Source of the DNA: Candidatus Hodarchaeota archaeon
GTDB lineage: Archaea > Asgardarchaeota > Heimdallarchaeia > Hodarchaeales > Hodarchaeaceae
NCBI GenBank assembly: GCA_016839815.1
Contig: JAEOTM010000046.1
Coordinates: forward strand, 1-23,530
DNA: 23,530 nt
Direction of reading: 5' to 3'
Numbering within the stretch: the stretch's first letter is position 1; every line of letters begins with the position of its first letter. Below, piece by piece: positions 1-9,724 of this stretch. Under the pieces are notes generated by a model. The model was given only the letters and a program-made list of their open reading frames with translations, had not been told where the DNA came from and made no database searches. The position numbers were made by a program, and so were the translations under genes.

Positions 1-599
1 GGGAAATTTATTATTTCAGGATCAGATAATGCTGGTCGAATAACAAGATTTCCGTTTTCAATGAATCTGGCTGGTGTTGTATAATCATAGAGCACGTCAC
101 TGAGTGTGAAATGAGACTTGTATTCAAGGGGCCAATCTCTTATTACTGGAAGACCTCCAACATAACAAGTGTAAGAATCGATTTTCTCTAAGGTACTATA
201 GAAATGGCCTAGTATGATACTACTTAAACCAGGAGAAACCCCGCAGTCCACTACTGCGGTTACATTATTGTCTTTAGCGAGCTTATCAAGTTCAAAAGCA
301 TCTTCAGCAAAAAATGCGACATCTACAACATTTTTACCGGTTTCTATAATAGATTTAAGCGTCCCAAAACCTATATCAGCCGGTAATGCCCCAACAATAA
401 TATCAAAGTCCATTACCATGCTCTTCAGATTTTGTGAGTTTGATAAATCAGTGTTTATCATATTAATATGTTGTAATTTTAATTTATCTAAGGAAGACTG
501 GTTAATATCTGCAACTGTCACGTCAATATCTTGATCTATTGTTAAATCAAGAGCGATAGTACTCCCAATAAGACCTGCTCCTAAAACAAGACACTTCAT
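1..599 (-). CDS. Saccharopine dehydrogenase / lysine 6-dehydrogenase family NAD(P)-binding protein (5' part; runs off window start)
   Basis: Not in the ORF track. Manual translation from ATG at 599 gives MKCLVLGAGLIG (Rossmann GxGxxG)...VADIN...GALP...VVDCGVSPGLS...YVGGLP...PALSDPE. A GGAGG RBS lies just upstream. Confidence 0.88.
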   Translation of the reverse strand, partial: MKCLVLGAGLIGSTIALDLTIDQDIDVTVADINQSSLDKLKLQHINMINTDLSNSQNLKSMVMDFDIIVGALPADIGFGTLKSIIETGKNVVDVAFFAEDAFELDKLAKDNNVTAVVDCGVSPGLSSIILGHFYSTLEKIDSYTCYVGGLPVIRDWPLEYKSHFTLSDVLYDYTTPARFIENGNLVIRPALSDPEIINF

Positions 600-739
600 T
601 AAATTTCCTCCGATATTAATACCTGCATTTAGGTCATAAATTTGAAATATATACCCCAGTATATATTTTTCTCTAAATACGTTATCTATCCAGAAAAGAC
701 CTGATAATAAGACGTTCCTTCAGTAAGATCTATGAGATG

Positions 740-1270
740 TTATTCTAATATATGATCAGTCTCAGGTTTGGTTAAAACCCAAAAAGCTCCAACTGCATAG
801 ATTGTTCCAATTGGTATATTTAACAAACTGAATACTGCTGAAATATATGTAAAGATCTTTCCTGATTTCTTTTTTCGTAAGAGAAGAGTCCCGCCTATAA
901 TGTCGATAATTCCAGAAAATCCAATAAATACGAAAATCACTCCAAGGATAAACCTGACCATCGATAGTACAGATTCACGATCTGGAGAGATTTCTTCTCC
1001 AGCAGATTGAAGAAATTCGGGGGATAAAACAATACTTAGTATTGGTATCGCAATACATACAATAACTATTGTAATAATACCAAAAGCTAGTTCAACCATT
1101 CCAAGGATCTTTATATGTTGCCTAGTTTGCTCGAGGGCATACATAGGCTGTGAAGTCGAATAAGGTTGGTAAATGGGTTTATCGACGCCTTGTGGTCCTC
1201 CACATGAAGGACAAAATTTATCATTCGTGTTAATTTCGGTTCCACAATTTGTGCAGAATACTTTTTCCAT
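740..1270 (-). CDS. Zinc-ribbon membrane protein
   Basis: N-terminal FCTNCG...KFCPSCG ribbon, followed by about 3-4 hydrophobic helices. Confidence 0.8.
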   Translation of the reverse strand: MEKVFCTNCGTEINTNDKFCPSCGGPQGVDKPIYQPYSTSQPMYALEQTRQHIKILGMVELAFGIITIVIVCIAIPILSIVLSPEFLQSAGEEISPDRESVLSMVRFILGVIFVFIGFSGIIDIIGGTLLLRKKKSGKIFTYISAVFSLLNIPIGTIYAVGAFWVLTKPETDHILE

Positions 1271-1373
1271 AAAAATGCTTCCTGATGTATTACAATCTTC
1301 ATTACCTTTAAAATTTTTAGAAGATGGAACTAGAAAATATGCAATCAGTAGAAAAAAATAAATAACTTATGTG

Positions 1374-1387
1374 TGTGTATATACACA
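1374..1387. promoter_or_regulatory. Perfect 14-bp palindrome, probable VapBC autoregulatory operator
   Basis: TGTGTATATACACA is self-complementary and abuts the AGGTGA RBS of the antitoxin gene. Confidence 0.6.
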
Positions 1388-1398
1388 GGTGAATAAAA

Positions 1399-1629
1399 CT
1401 GGGCAGTAAAACAATAAGTTTGGATGAAGAAGCCTATCAAAGATTAAAAAATGAGAAAAATGGCAATGAATCTTTTTCTGATGTAGTTAAACGTATAACA
1501 CGACCTATTAAACAAAAATCTTTACTGTCATTCGCTGGGGAATGGAAGTTATCATCAGATGAGTTAAAAACTTTGCAAAAAGCAGTAAAAGAAGTGGAAG
1601 GCCAAATTGATGATATGTTTAGACAGTGA
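1399..1629 (+). CDS. vapB: VapB-type antitoxin (DUF217/UPF0330-like), probable CTG start
   Basis: (M)GSKTISLDEEAYQRLKNEK..ESFSDVVKR matches the archaeal antitoxin pattern. RBS AGGTGA at 1387-1392. Overlaps the toxin gene. Confidence 0.85.
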   Translation: MGSKTISLDEEAYQRLKNEKNGNESFSDVVKRITRPIKQKSLLSFAGEWKLSSDELKTLQKAVKEVEGQIDDMFRQ

Positions 1630-2008
1630 TTTTATGATCTCTCTTTTAAGAGGAGATAAAGATGCGAAAGCAAAAGCAAAACAACTAGAAGAAACTTCCA
1701 GATTAGTTGTATCAACAGCAATTAATGCTCTAGAATTATTTATTGGTATAATTGCAGTTGATGGTATCTCAGGAAAGAGAGTTGAGATTACTAGGAATTT
1801 TCTTTCAAATCTAGAAGTATTACCTCTAGATGAAAGTTCCGCAGAAAGATCAGCATTTATACTCAATAGTCTAAAAAAACTTGGGAAAGAAATTGGTTTA
1901 AAAGACTCATTAATTGCTGGTATTGCTTTAGAGCACAAAGCTAATATCTTAACTAGAAATCTGAAGCATTTTGAACGTGTTTCAGGCTTGAAAATCGAAA
2001 CCTGGTAG
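1610..2008 (+). CDS. vapC: VapC PIN-domain ribonuclease toxin
   Basis: CLDSD, ALELF, DSLIAGIAL and ILTRNLKHFERV PIN motifs. Confidence 0.93.
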   Translation: MICLDSDFMISLLRGDKDAKAKAKQLEETSRLVVSTAINALELFIGIIAVDGISGKRVEITRNFLSNLEVLPLDESSAERSAFILNSLKKLGKEIGLKDSLIAGIALEHKANILTRNLKHFERVSGLKIETW

Positions 2009-2046
2009 CCCGTTTTATAAAAAATTAACCAAGAATAGCTCCGTAG

Positions 2047-2889
2047 CTAGGGTTCTTGACAGGTTGGGCAATAATATACTTGACCACCGCCAAAATTCAT
2101 TTTTTCAATTGGTGTACCACAATCAGAGCAGCTAGTGTCTTTCCTATTTGGACCCATCTTTGGAATGTATTTTCCTTTGTTACCATAAAGATCTAAAAAC
2201 TGGATTTTTCCTCCCAATTGTAACCTTTCTTGAACTAAATCTTTAATGGCTTCAAACAATCCCCCTGCTTCTTCTGAATTTAGATCAATCCCTTTTTTTT
2301 TTGGGAATAACTTAGCTCGATATATTATATCCTGAAATGCACTATTAGAGATTCCTACAAGGATGGCATCTTTTCCAACAAGAATTGATTTTAGATTTCT
2401 TTTCAATCTACTAATTTTCCGAGAAAAATATTCAGATGTGAATTCTTCATCTAAAGGTGATTGACCACTTAGAAAATCCCTTTTATACATGTACGAATCA
2501 TCTAATTCATCAGTATTAAGTGCAAGAATACAACCCATACTCTTAATTCTGACAGTCAATGAACTTTTAGTAAAGAATGAGATCTTCAGATGATACTTGG
2601 AGGAACTCTTTTTATCATCCTTATTGTAAAAAACCTCACCTCCGTACTCGGGAGCTATTAATAGATTCACGTTATTATCTAATTCCAGTCGTATAGTATT
2701 TCCTCTTGCTCTCACATCACTAATTTTTCCATTTATTAACCGATCGAAGTCAGCGATATTAGTATTGAGAAATCCAACTTTCTGCATTCTTTCGAAATTT
2801 TGTAAATGATAGGATTCTATTTCTTTACCCACAAGAACTTCGTGCATTTGTTTTGCGAGTATTATTGCCTCTGGTAATTCAATACTCAT
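2047..2889 (-). CDS. Fpg/Nei (H2TH) DNA-glycosylase-like protein with degenerate catalytic motifs
   Basis: ELPE near the N-terminus, H2TH-like segment LKSILV...GISNSAFQDIIYRAKLFP, and C-terminal zinc finger CSDCG...YYCPTCQ. Confidence 0.85.
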   Translation of the reverse strand: MSIELPEAIILAKQMHEVLVGKEIESYHLQNFERMQKVGFLNTNIADFDRLINGKISDVRARGNTIRLELDNNVNLLIAPEYGGEVFYNKDDKKSSSKYHLKISFFTKSSLTVRIKSMGCILALNTDELDDSYMYKRDFLSGQSPLDEEFTSEYFSRKISRLKRNLKSILVGKDAILVGISNSAFQDIIYRAKLFPKKKGIDLNSEEAGGLFEAIKDLVQERLQLGGKIQFLDLYGNKGKYIPKMGPNRKDTSCSDCGTPIEKMNFGGGQVYYCPTCQEP

Positions 2890-3056
2890 AATGATTCATC
2901 ATTTTCATCTAGATCGTTGCTATATATTTCAAACCAGAATACTTGAATAAGATGTTAAAAGATAAATACTTTTCGAGGGTAAAAATCCCAAAACATACAC
3001 ACTGTACATAGGAATTTTTAATAGATATATAATTCACTCAATTGGAGAAATTCAAT

Positions 3057-3752
3057 ATGGTTGATCACAAAATACCATCATCCCAAGAGCAAGAGGTTAC
3101 TTGTACATGGGATGAGTCTTCTGACTGTACTAATTGTACAATAAATGGTAAACTAGACTGTAAATGGCAAAAACATCTATTATTACGATTCTATAAAGGT
3201 GCTGGTCCCTTAATGGTATTTGCAGTACTTGGGTTCATCCTAGTTGGAATAAATGTTACTTGGATTCCAGCGCTCATTTATATTGGATTCTGGATCTTTT
3301 TCTTTGGATTTTTTGAGATTAAAGTGCTTTGTAGTCACTGTCCTTATTATGCAGAAGAAGGAAGAGTTCTTCATTGTTTAGCTAATCATGGAACAATAAA
3401 ACTTTGGTCTTATAATCCAAAACCCATGAATCTATTTGAAAAATTTGGTTTTTTCGCTGGTGCTTTGTTCTTTGTATTTTTCCCCGTGTTAATAGAGATT
3501 TATGGATTAGTTAAAATCAACCAATTTACAACTACTTCAGATTTTCTTACCTATTCCCTAATTGGACTTATAATTCTTGGGATTATAGGAGGAATCTTCT
3601 TTTTCTACGTTTTACAAAAGAGTATCTGTCCCAAATGTATTAATTTCTCATGTCCACTAAATAAGGTACCCAAGAATGTTGTTGATGCTTATTTAGATCA
3701 AAACCCTGTGATGAAGAAAGCTTGGTTGGACAGTGGATATCATATGAATTAA
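3057..3752 (+). CDS. Cys-rich four-TM membrane protein of unknown function
   Basis: Four hydrophobic segments with Cys clusters CTNC, CSHCPYY, HCLANH and CPKCINFSCPLN. ATG at 3057 is preferred over TTG at 3042. Confidence 0.75.
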   Translation: MVDHKIPSSQEQEVTCTWDESSDCTNCTINGKLDCKWQKHLLLRFYKGAGPLMVFAVLGFILVGINVTWIPALIYIGFWIFFFGFFEIKVLCSHCPYYAEEGRVLHCLANHGTIKLWSYNPKPMNLFEKFGFFAGALFFVFFPVLIEIYGLVKINQFTTTSDFLTYSLIGLIILGIIGGIFFFYVLQKSICPKCINFSCPLNKVPKNVVDAYLDQNPVMKKAWLDSGYHMN

Positions 3753-3773
3753 AAAAATGAAGTCATATCGCGA

Positions 3774-4700
3774 TCAGGACATAAAATTATTCAACCTAAA
3801 CTTGATCTTTTGGATATCAGCTTGATTTTTCAAAATAAAAACCAGAGATCTTTGGTTAGGAGGAGAAGAAACACGTGTAAGATGAAAATTATCATCTATT
3901 TGATCAACCCTATACCATCCTTGATCCCCGAGCTGGATATATCCCTTCACCCGCATCGGATAATTCCGAATCTCCCTCATACAGCTAGAAAATTCTTTTT
4001 CTGAAATAATCTTGAATTGAATTAAAGTTATACTTGTTAACCTACCTTTCACGTCTCGTTTCTCATCGTAATTACGCGTTGTATAGACTTCTTCAGGGAA
4101 ATATAGACTTTTCAGGTCATACTGCCCAAGTTTTGTCTCGGATACTTTGGCATTTGGATTCAACTTGTGTATTTTTTTTTTAATTATATCTAGCTCATTT
4201 GAATCAATAAGATCGATTTTATTAATAATGATACGAGACGACACTTCTATTTGAGTCGATATATTTGGAAATGCAGGAAGTAACTTCGTTATAAGGGAAG
4301 CATCAACAAGAGAAATGCTTTCCTTAATTTTATAAATATCTCCAATCTGCTTATTGGTAATATCTAAATCTTGTAAAATTATTGATGGATTCGATAGACC
4401 AGATGTTTCAAGAAATAACGTGTTAATATCACTAGTCTCAAAAAGAAGTTTTAAGGCTTGAATGAACTCAGAATGAAGGCAATTACAGAAAATTGAGCCA
4501 CCATTAATTTCCGAAAACACAATTTTATCCTGCGGCAATAACTCTCTATCTACATTCACTGATCCATACTCATTCATTAATACTCCAGCTCGTATTTCTG
4601 GAATATCATTGAGCTGATCAAGGAGATGACAAAGAAAAGTTGTCTTTCCAGATCCTAAAAAGCCTGTGATTAGAAAAAGATCAATTGTTCGTGTTGACAT
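3774..4700 (-). CDS. CobW/COG0523 family P-loop GTPase metallochaperone
   Basis: GFLGSGKTT, NEYG, GGSIFCNC, ETSG, NKID, RVKG. Its start overlaps the stop of the upstream gene (TGATG). Confidence 0.92.
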   Translation of the reverse strand: MSTRTIDLFLITGFLGSGKTTFLCHLLDQLNDIPEIRAGVLMNEYGSVNVDRELLPQDKIVFSEINGGSIFCNCLHSEFIQALKLLFETSDINTLFLETSGLSNPSIILQDLDITNKQIGDIYKIKESISLVDASLITKLLPAFPNISTQIEVSSRIIINKIDLIDSNELDIIKKKIHKLNPNAKVSETKLGQYDLKSLYFPEEVYTTRNYDEKRDVKGRLTSITLIQFKIISEKEFSSCMREIRNYPMRVKGYIQLGDQGWYRVDQIDDNFHLTRVSSPPNQRSLVFILKNQADIQKIKFRLNNFMS

Positions 4701-6058
4701 CAGAGGTACTTCTCAATTTCAGAATATAATTTGTCTCTTGTTGGAATAATAGAGGAATACTTGACTTCACCATTGATCAGAATACATGGGAGATGTTGAA
4801 TGTTTAATTTCTTGGCGCGTTCAATATTTTCCAGTTTGATCCATTTATATTCTATAAGATCGATTTTTTCTCCAAACATCTTTTTTACATCAATAGCTGT
4901 TTCAAGCATATATCCACAGGCTGCACAAACTTCGGAATCAATAGTGAATACTTCTACAAGTGGTTTATGGAGGGTATGATAATTGGGAAGTTCAATTGTA
5001 ATGTCAGATTCTTCTTTATGATAGCTTTCCAGCGATTTACGTATTAAATCAGGTTTTTGAACTGCTTCAACAACTCCAACTACATTTTCAACAGGAGTAT
5101 CATAAGGCATATCACAACCTGGGGCAATGATCAAATTATCTGGTCCAATCTTTTCTAAGAGATCCACAACATACTTCATATTATCCTGTTGTGTTCCAAA
5201 CAACATAGTTGTCGCTAATGGAATATTTCCACCTAAGATCAGATCGTGTTTAGAGAGAATCTTGTAAGCATGAATCATATCAATATTCTCATCAATAAAA
5301 ATCGAATCAGGATGCGTGGTACACATGGGTTCTAGATTCTTCGTTGCATCCCCACAGACAAAGAAGATTGAAAAAACGTCTAAAGATTTAATGTGGGAGA
5401 ATATATCGGAAAATTCATTCCGTAAAAATTCATCAAACATAACAGGAGATATCTGAGATACAACTGGATCAACTACCGCGATTATATCCATTCCTACCTC
5501 ACTATAATATTCAGCCATCACCTTTGTAACATCAGAAGTATATGCTAGCAGCTCAATGGCATACTGAGGGTTTGTAATAAGATCTATATAGAAATTGGTT
5601 CCTCTTAGATGAGAAGCTAAAGTAAGGGGGCCACAAATTAGTCCAAAAAGTGCTACATGTGTCCCAATCTCGTTTTTTAGAGATTTCATTGTATCCAGAA
5701 TTATTGGTATTCTTCCTTCATGTTGTTCAGGAATTTTCTCTGGAATCATCATATCCTCAGAACAGGGATGATCAATCACCATAGGAGGAGCTTTATCTGA
5801 CCAACGAAGGTTACAACCTAGAATTTCCGCTTCAACTTGGAGATCAAATATGACTGGCATACCATCTGGATGGTAAGCCTTTTTCACCTCGAGTAAACAT
5901 TCGAGGAGTTTCACTTTATCTGTTAAAATTTCGGTTGCAGTATACCCTTTTAAGTGTCCTGCATGAATTCCAGCAAATGGTACCCATGGTACATCGGTAT
6001 TTTTGTGGAGATAAGTCTGGATTATCAGTTCCTTACCTCTAGTATGATTTACCTTCAT
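4700..6058 (-). CDS. UroD/MtaA-CmuA family (methylcobamide-type methyltransferase) barrel fused to a C-terminal thioredoxin-like domain
   Basis: DLQVEAEILG, CGPLTLA, FVCGD, GGNIP and APGCDMP motifs. The C-terminus has CAAC and LPCILING. Confidence 0.85.
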   Translation of the reverse strand: MKVNHTRGKELIIQTYLHKNTDVPWVPFAGIHAGHLKGYTATEILTDKVKLLECLLEVKKAYHPDGMPVIFDLQVEAEILGCNLRWSDKAPPMVIDHPCSEDMMIPEKIPEQHEGRIPIILDTMKSLKNEIGTHVALFGLICGPLTLASHLRGTNFYIDLITNPQYAIELLAYTSDVTKVMAEYYSEVGMDIIAVVDPVVSQISPVMFDEFLRNEFSDIFSHIKSLDVFSIFFVCGDATKNLEPMCTTHPDSIFIDENIDMIHAYKILSKHDLILGGNIPLATTMLFGTQQDNMKYVVDLLEKIGPDNLIIAPGCDMPYDTPVENVVGVVEAVQKPDLIRKSLESYHKEESDITIELPNYHTLHKPLVEVFTIDSEVCAACGYMLETAIDVKKMFGEKIDLIEYKWIKLENIERAKKLNIQHLPCILINGEVKYSSIIPTRDKLYSEIEKYL

Positions 6059-6130
6059 TATATTCCCATTGCTGAGATTCTTTGATCTTTAATCCATATT
6101 GGGTCAAAATTATCTTCCTTACCTTTTCAA

Positions 6131-6523
6131 TCACTGATTATCAAAATAAAATGATTTCTGTTTATTCTGAAAACCAGAATTCATAGTAGGTTTTGTTTTT
6201 AAGGGAATTTGACAGCTAGGACAGAGATTGGATGCATTTGTTGTAGTATATTCGATACCACATTCTGGACAGAAATAAGTCAAACCATCTCTCATTCCTC
6301 CGAGTTGCTGTCTATTATAATGAGAAGAACTTCTGAGATCTAGTGGAGACCCTTGTGATCTACCAGATCCTGTTATTGCTTGGTTTATAATCAAAAAGAT
6401 TGTTCCAAATATTATCATGCTAATACCACCTTCTGGATTTGCTGGAAGTGTGAATATTCCCATAATAATTAGAAATATTGAAAAAATCGTGCCACACGGA
6501 TAGGGAACAATAAAGATCACCAT
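6131..6523 (-). CDS. Small membrane protein with zinc ribbon
   Basis: Two N-terminal TM helices, then YFCPECG...LCPSCQ. Confidence 0.65.
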   Translation of the reverse strand: MVIFIVPYPCGTIFSIFLIIMGIFTLPANPEGGISMIIFGTIFLIINQAITGSGRSQGSPLDLRSSSHYNRQQLGGMRDGLTYFCPECGIEYTTTNASNLCPSCQIPLKTKPTMNSGFQNKQKSFYFDNQ

Positions 6524-6608
6524 TGATTACTCCATGAGAGATGTTATTAGCAGTAAGTATCTGTTGTTCATAAACTTTTTGAGAAAGAGTAGAATAAATA
6601 CCTAAAGC

Positions 6609-7250
6609 ATGAAAAAAAGTGATTTAAAGAGAGAAATACCCAATTTTCGTAATTTGAGGGATATTACACAATATTCTGGCTCTAATATCAAATCTAATAT
6701 GCTTTTTCGATCTTCAGATTTATCAGCGTATGAAAAAGATCCCCTATTAACGAAATGGTTTGATCAACAAGGAATTAAAACTATTATTGATCTTCGAAAT
6801 CGTAAAGATATCATGAGACGTACATATTCTCCTAATATATTGAGACACATTAATTATATCAACCTTATCCTTGTCTCCGAAGAAACTGAGAATAAAATTA
6901 TAGGGAGAGACAACACCGAGTATTATACGTGGGTTCTTACACATGAAAGGGAGAATCTTAAAGAATTATTTACTATCCTAGCAAATAAGGAGAATTATCC
7001 TCTAATTATTCATTGTCATGTAGGAATGGATAGAACTGGTATTGTTCTAGCGTTAATTCATCTTCTATTGGACTCCTCTCGTGAAAATATTATTAAAGAC
7101 TACTTAGCATCAGGACCAAACATGAAACAATATTTAATAAACTTAATTCTGCAAATCACGGATAATAACGGTGGTATTACTCATTATCTCAAGGAATTAG
7201 ACATTTCAGAGAAAATCCAGCATCAAATCATCAGGAATTTAACAAAATGA
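6609..7250 (+). CDS. Tyrosine/dual-specificity phosphatase family protein (Y_phosphatase3-like)
   Basis: NFRNL, LFRSS, IKTIIDLR, catalytic HCHVGMDRTG (CX5R), DYLAS. Confidence 0.92.
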   Translation: MKKSDLKREIPNFRNLRDITQYSGSNIKSNMLFRSSDLSAYEKDPLLTKWFDQQGIKTIIDLRNRKDIMRRTYSPNILRHINYINLILVSEETENKIIGRDNTEYYTWVLTHERENLKELFTILANKENYPLIIHCHVGMDRTGIVLALIHLLLDSSRENIIKDYLASGPNMKQYLINLILQITDNNGGITHYLKELDISEKIQHQIIRNLTK

Positions 7251-8626
7251 ATAACAAAGATCTTTACCATAGAACTCCTCTAGTCTACGAGGATGAAACG
7301 ATCGATAATTTTATCCCTAAAGATGTAGAGTGTGAATACCTCCAAGTACCAAAAATAGAATACTTAACTGAGGATGAGATTGAATCAAGCCTTCTACAAG
7401 CATTAGAAAACCCTCACAATTCCCCAAATTTGGAAGAATTAATTAGAATTCACTATAAAGGGAATTTTGTTACACTTTTAATAGACGATAACACAAGACC
7501 TAATATCCATACACGAATCCTCCTACCACTGGTTGAGGCTCAACTAATTAATTTAGGTGTTAAGAGGTCAGATATTCGAATCATAATAGCCACAGGCACT
7601 CATACTCCACCAACCAGTTCTCAAGTTAAAACACACATTCTTGATGAACTATATTCTGAATGGAAAGAAAGATTATGGCTTCATGACTGTGATGCTGATA
7701 ACGATCATATAGACTTAGGATTATCAAGAGCACAAACCCCAATAATGGTAGATAAACGAGTTTTCAATAGTGATCTGATTATTCCCTTATCCGATTCGGA
7801 ATATCATTATTTTGCAGGAGTTGCAGGATCAGTTAAGTTGATCTTACCTGGTGTGAGTAGTAGAAAGACTGTTCGAGTTAATCATTCAAAGATTTTCGAT
7901 TTAAAATCCGGGTTCAAACAAGAATGTCGAATGGGGAATATTGAAGGAAATGTATCTATCCAAGACATCAGAGAAATTGTAGCTTCAATTCAAAAGACAC
8001 ATGGAAAGCAAATTTTTGTGATTGATGCAATACTAGACAAGAGGAAATTTGTAGACATCGTTACAGGAGATCCTCTTACGATCCATGAACTAGCACGAAC
8101 TTCTCTTTCCAAGATTCGAGATGTAAAATTACGGGAACCAGGAGATCTTGTCATAATCGGAAAACCCTCGGTTAATTACTATCAGGCTGGGAAGGGACTT
8201 AATGCAGCTAGCCATGCTGTAAAAGTGGGAGGATCCATTCTATTACTTGCAGGTTGTCCTGAAGGAATTGGCCCAAAAGAATACTTAGAAACCATGCATA
8301 TAGTAAAGGGAAAGTCTTTCATTGAGGCAATGCAGTGGGTGATCGAAAACAAATGCTCCTCAACTACCTTTGAAATTGGTATACAAAATGCAGTTGATCT
8401 TTTTCGGATTTTAGAGCACACACAAGGGAATCTATTTCTCTATTCAAAAAATTTAGACCCAAAATTGATGAAAGAGGTCTTCAGGGTCAATGTGCTACCA
8501 ATCTCATCTTCTCCTGAAGAAAGTCTCAAAAATTTTGTTTCAGATTATGTGGAGAAGAATCCCCAATCCCGGATTGTGGTTTTTGAAGATTATAACTTAT
8601 TAGCCAAAGTTGAAGATCAATCATAG
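7247..8626 (+). CDS. LarA-superfamily nickel-pincer-nucleotide-dependent racemase/epimerase
   Basis: DDNTRP, ATGTH, EYHYFAGVAGSVKLILPG, NH and YQAGK correspond to LarA catalytic and cofactor-binding motifs. ATGA overlap with the phosphatase gene. Confidence 0.9.
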   Translation: MNNKDLYHRTPLVYEDETIDNFIPKDVECEYLQVPKIEYLTEDEIESSLLQALENPHNSPNLEELIRIHYKGNFVTLLIDDNTRPNIHTRILLPLVEAQLINLGVKRSDIRIIIATGTHTPPTSSQVKTHILDELYSEWKERLWLHDCDADNDHIDLGLSRAQTPIMVDKRVFNSDLIIPLSDSEYHYFAGVAGSVKLILPGVSSRKTVRVNHSKIFDLKSGFKQECRMGNIEGNVSIQDIREIVASIQKTHGKQIFVIDAILDKRKFVDIVTGDPLTIHELARTSLSKIRDVKLREPGDLVIIGKPSVNYYQAGKGLNAASHAVKVGGSILLLAGCPEGIGPKEYLETMHIVKGKSFIEAMQWVIENKCSSTTFEIGIQNAVDLFRILEHTQGNLFLYSKNLDPKLMKEVFRVNVLPISSSPEESLKNFVSDYVEKNPQSRIVVFEDYNLLAKVEDQS

Positions 8627-8667
8627 TGATCAATATTTTAAGATCTACGCAGGATACTTGATTAGGT

Positions 8668-9723
8668 ATGGCTATTCAGTTATTCGATGTTTTAATAGCT
8701 CTTTTGATTGGTTTAACGACAGGTTTAGTGCTTCAAAGGGGAAGAGTTTGTGCTAATACCGCATTTCGAAATTTGTTGTTAATTAGAAACTCAGAAATCG
8801 CCTCGATTCTCCTAATTACTGTCCTGGTAGAAATAGTTGGGTATCAATTCCTTGAAATTCTACAAGGAACGAATTTTGTTTCAAATCCTATACCTTTCTC
8901 TATCATACTAGTTCCTATAGGTGCCTTTATTTTCGGAACAGGAACGGTTCTTGCTGGTGGATGCGCAGGTGGTACATGTTATCGTATTGGTGAAGGTTCA
9001 GTTAAATCTTTCATAGCTTTTATTGGATTTGGTAGTGGAGTAGGGATTTTAGTGATTGCCCCTTTCAAAGACATCTTGGAAAACCTACGAAATGCCACAG
9101 ATTGGTCCATTAATGGTCAAATTCCTTCACTGGAACTATTATTTCCTAGATGGGTGTGGACTCTGTTAGCTCTTGTGATCTTAGCGATTTTTATTATGTA
9201 TCAAATTCCTAAGACAAGTAAACTAACACATCTTCGTCCTGTATGGACACCAATTATTTCAGGGATTCTTTTGGGGTTCCTTGGAGTTAGTGCGCGAATA
9301 GCTTCAACATCTACAGGACGAGCGTTTGGATTTTCAACTACTGATGGTATAGGTGAGTTATTTCAAACATTAGCTGGGATCTTAAATCTCATCGATTCTC
9401 AAACAGTTGGTTGGGCGGGATATTTTATAATTGGACTCATAGGTGGTTCATTCATATCATCTATTGAGCTAAAGGAATTCAAGTTGAAAGTACCTAATAC
9501 AACGGATACTATAAAATTCTTCAGTGGTGGATTTATACTCGGATTTGGGGCAATAATAGCTCTTGGATGCAATTTTGGTCATATTTTGGGGGGTATTCCA
9601 GAATTAGGAATATCATCATTCGTGGCCGCACTTTTTATGATCTTGGGCAACTGGTGTGCCTCACTTATGATCTATACTCGTTTAAATCACCCATATCCCA
9701 CTTCAACACCAATTGATATCTAA
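8668..9723 (+). CDS. YeeE/YedE family sulfur-compound (thiosulfate-type) transporter
   Basis: Multi-TM protein with the three conserved Cys motifs QRGRVC, LAGGCAGG and LGCNFGH. Confidence 0.9.
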   Translation: MAIQLFDVLIALLIGLTTGLVLQRGRVCANTAFRNLLLIRNSEIASILLITVLVEIVGYQFLEILQGTNFVSNPIPFSIILVPIGAFIFGTGTVLAGGCAGGTCYRIGEGSVKSFIAFIGFGSGVGILVIAPFKDILENLRNATDWSINGQIPSLELLFPRWVWTLLALVILAIFIMYQIPKTSKLTHLRPVWTPIISGILLGFLGVSARIASTSTGRAFGFSTTDGIGELFQTLAGILNLIDSQTVGWAGYFIIGLIGGSFISSIELKEFKLKVPNTTDTIKFFSGGFILGFGAIIALGCNFGHILGGIPELGISSFVAALFMILGNWCASLMIYTRLNHPYPTSTPIDI

Positions 9724-9724
9724 A

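Noticed and set aside
214-534. 106-aa + strand ORF
   Set aside because: Antisense shadow of the saccharopine-dehydrogenase-like gene on the minus strand.
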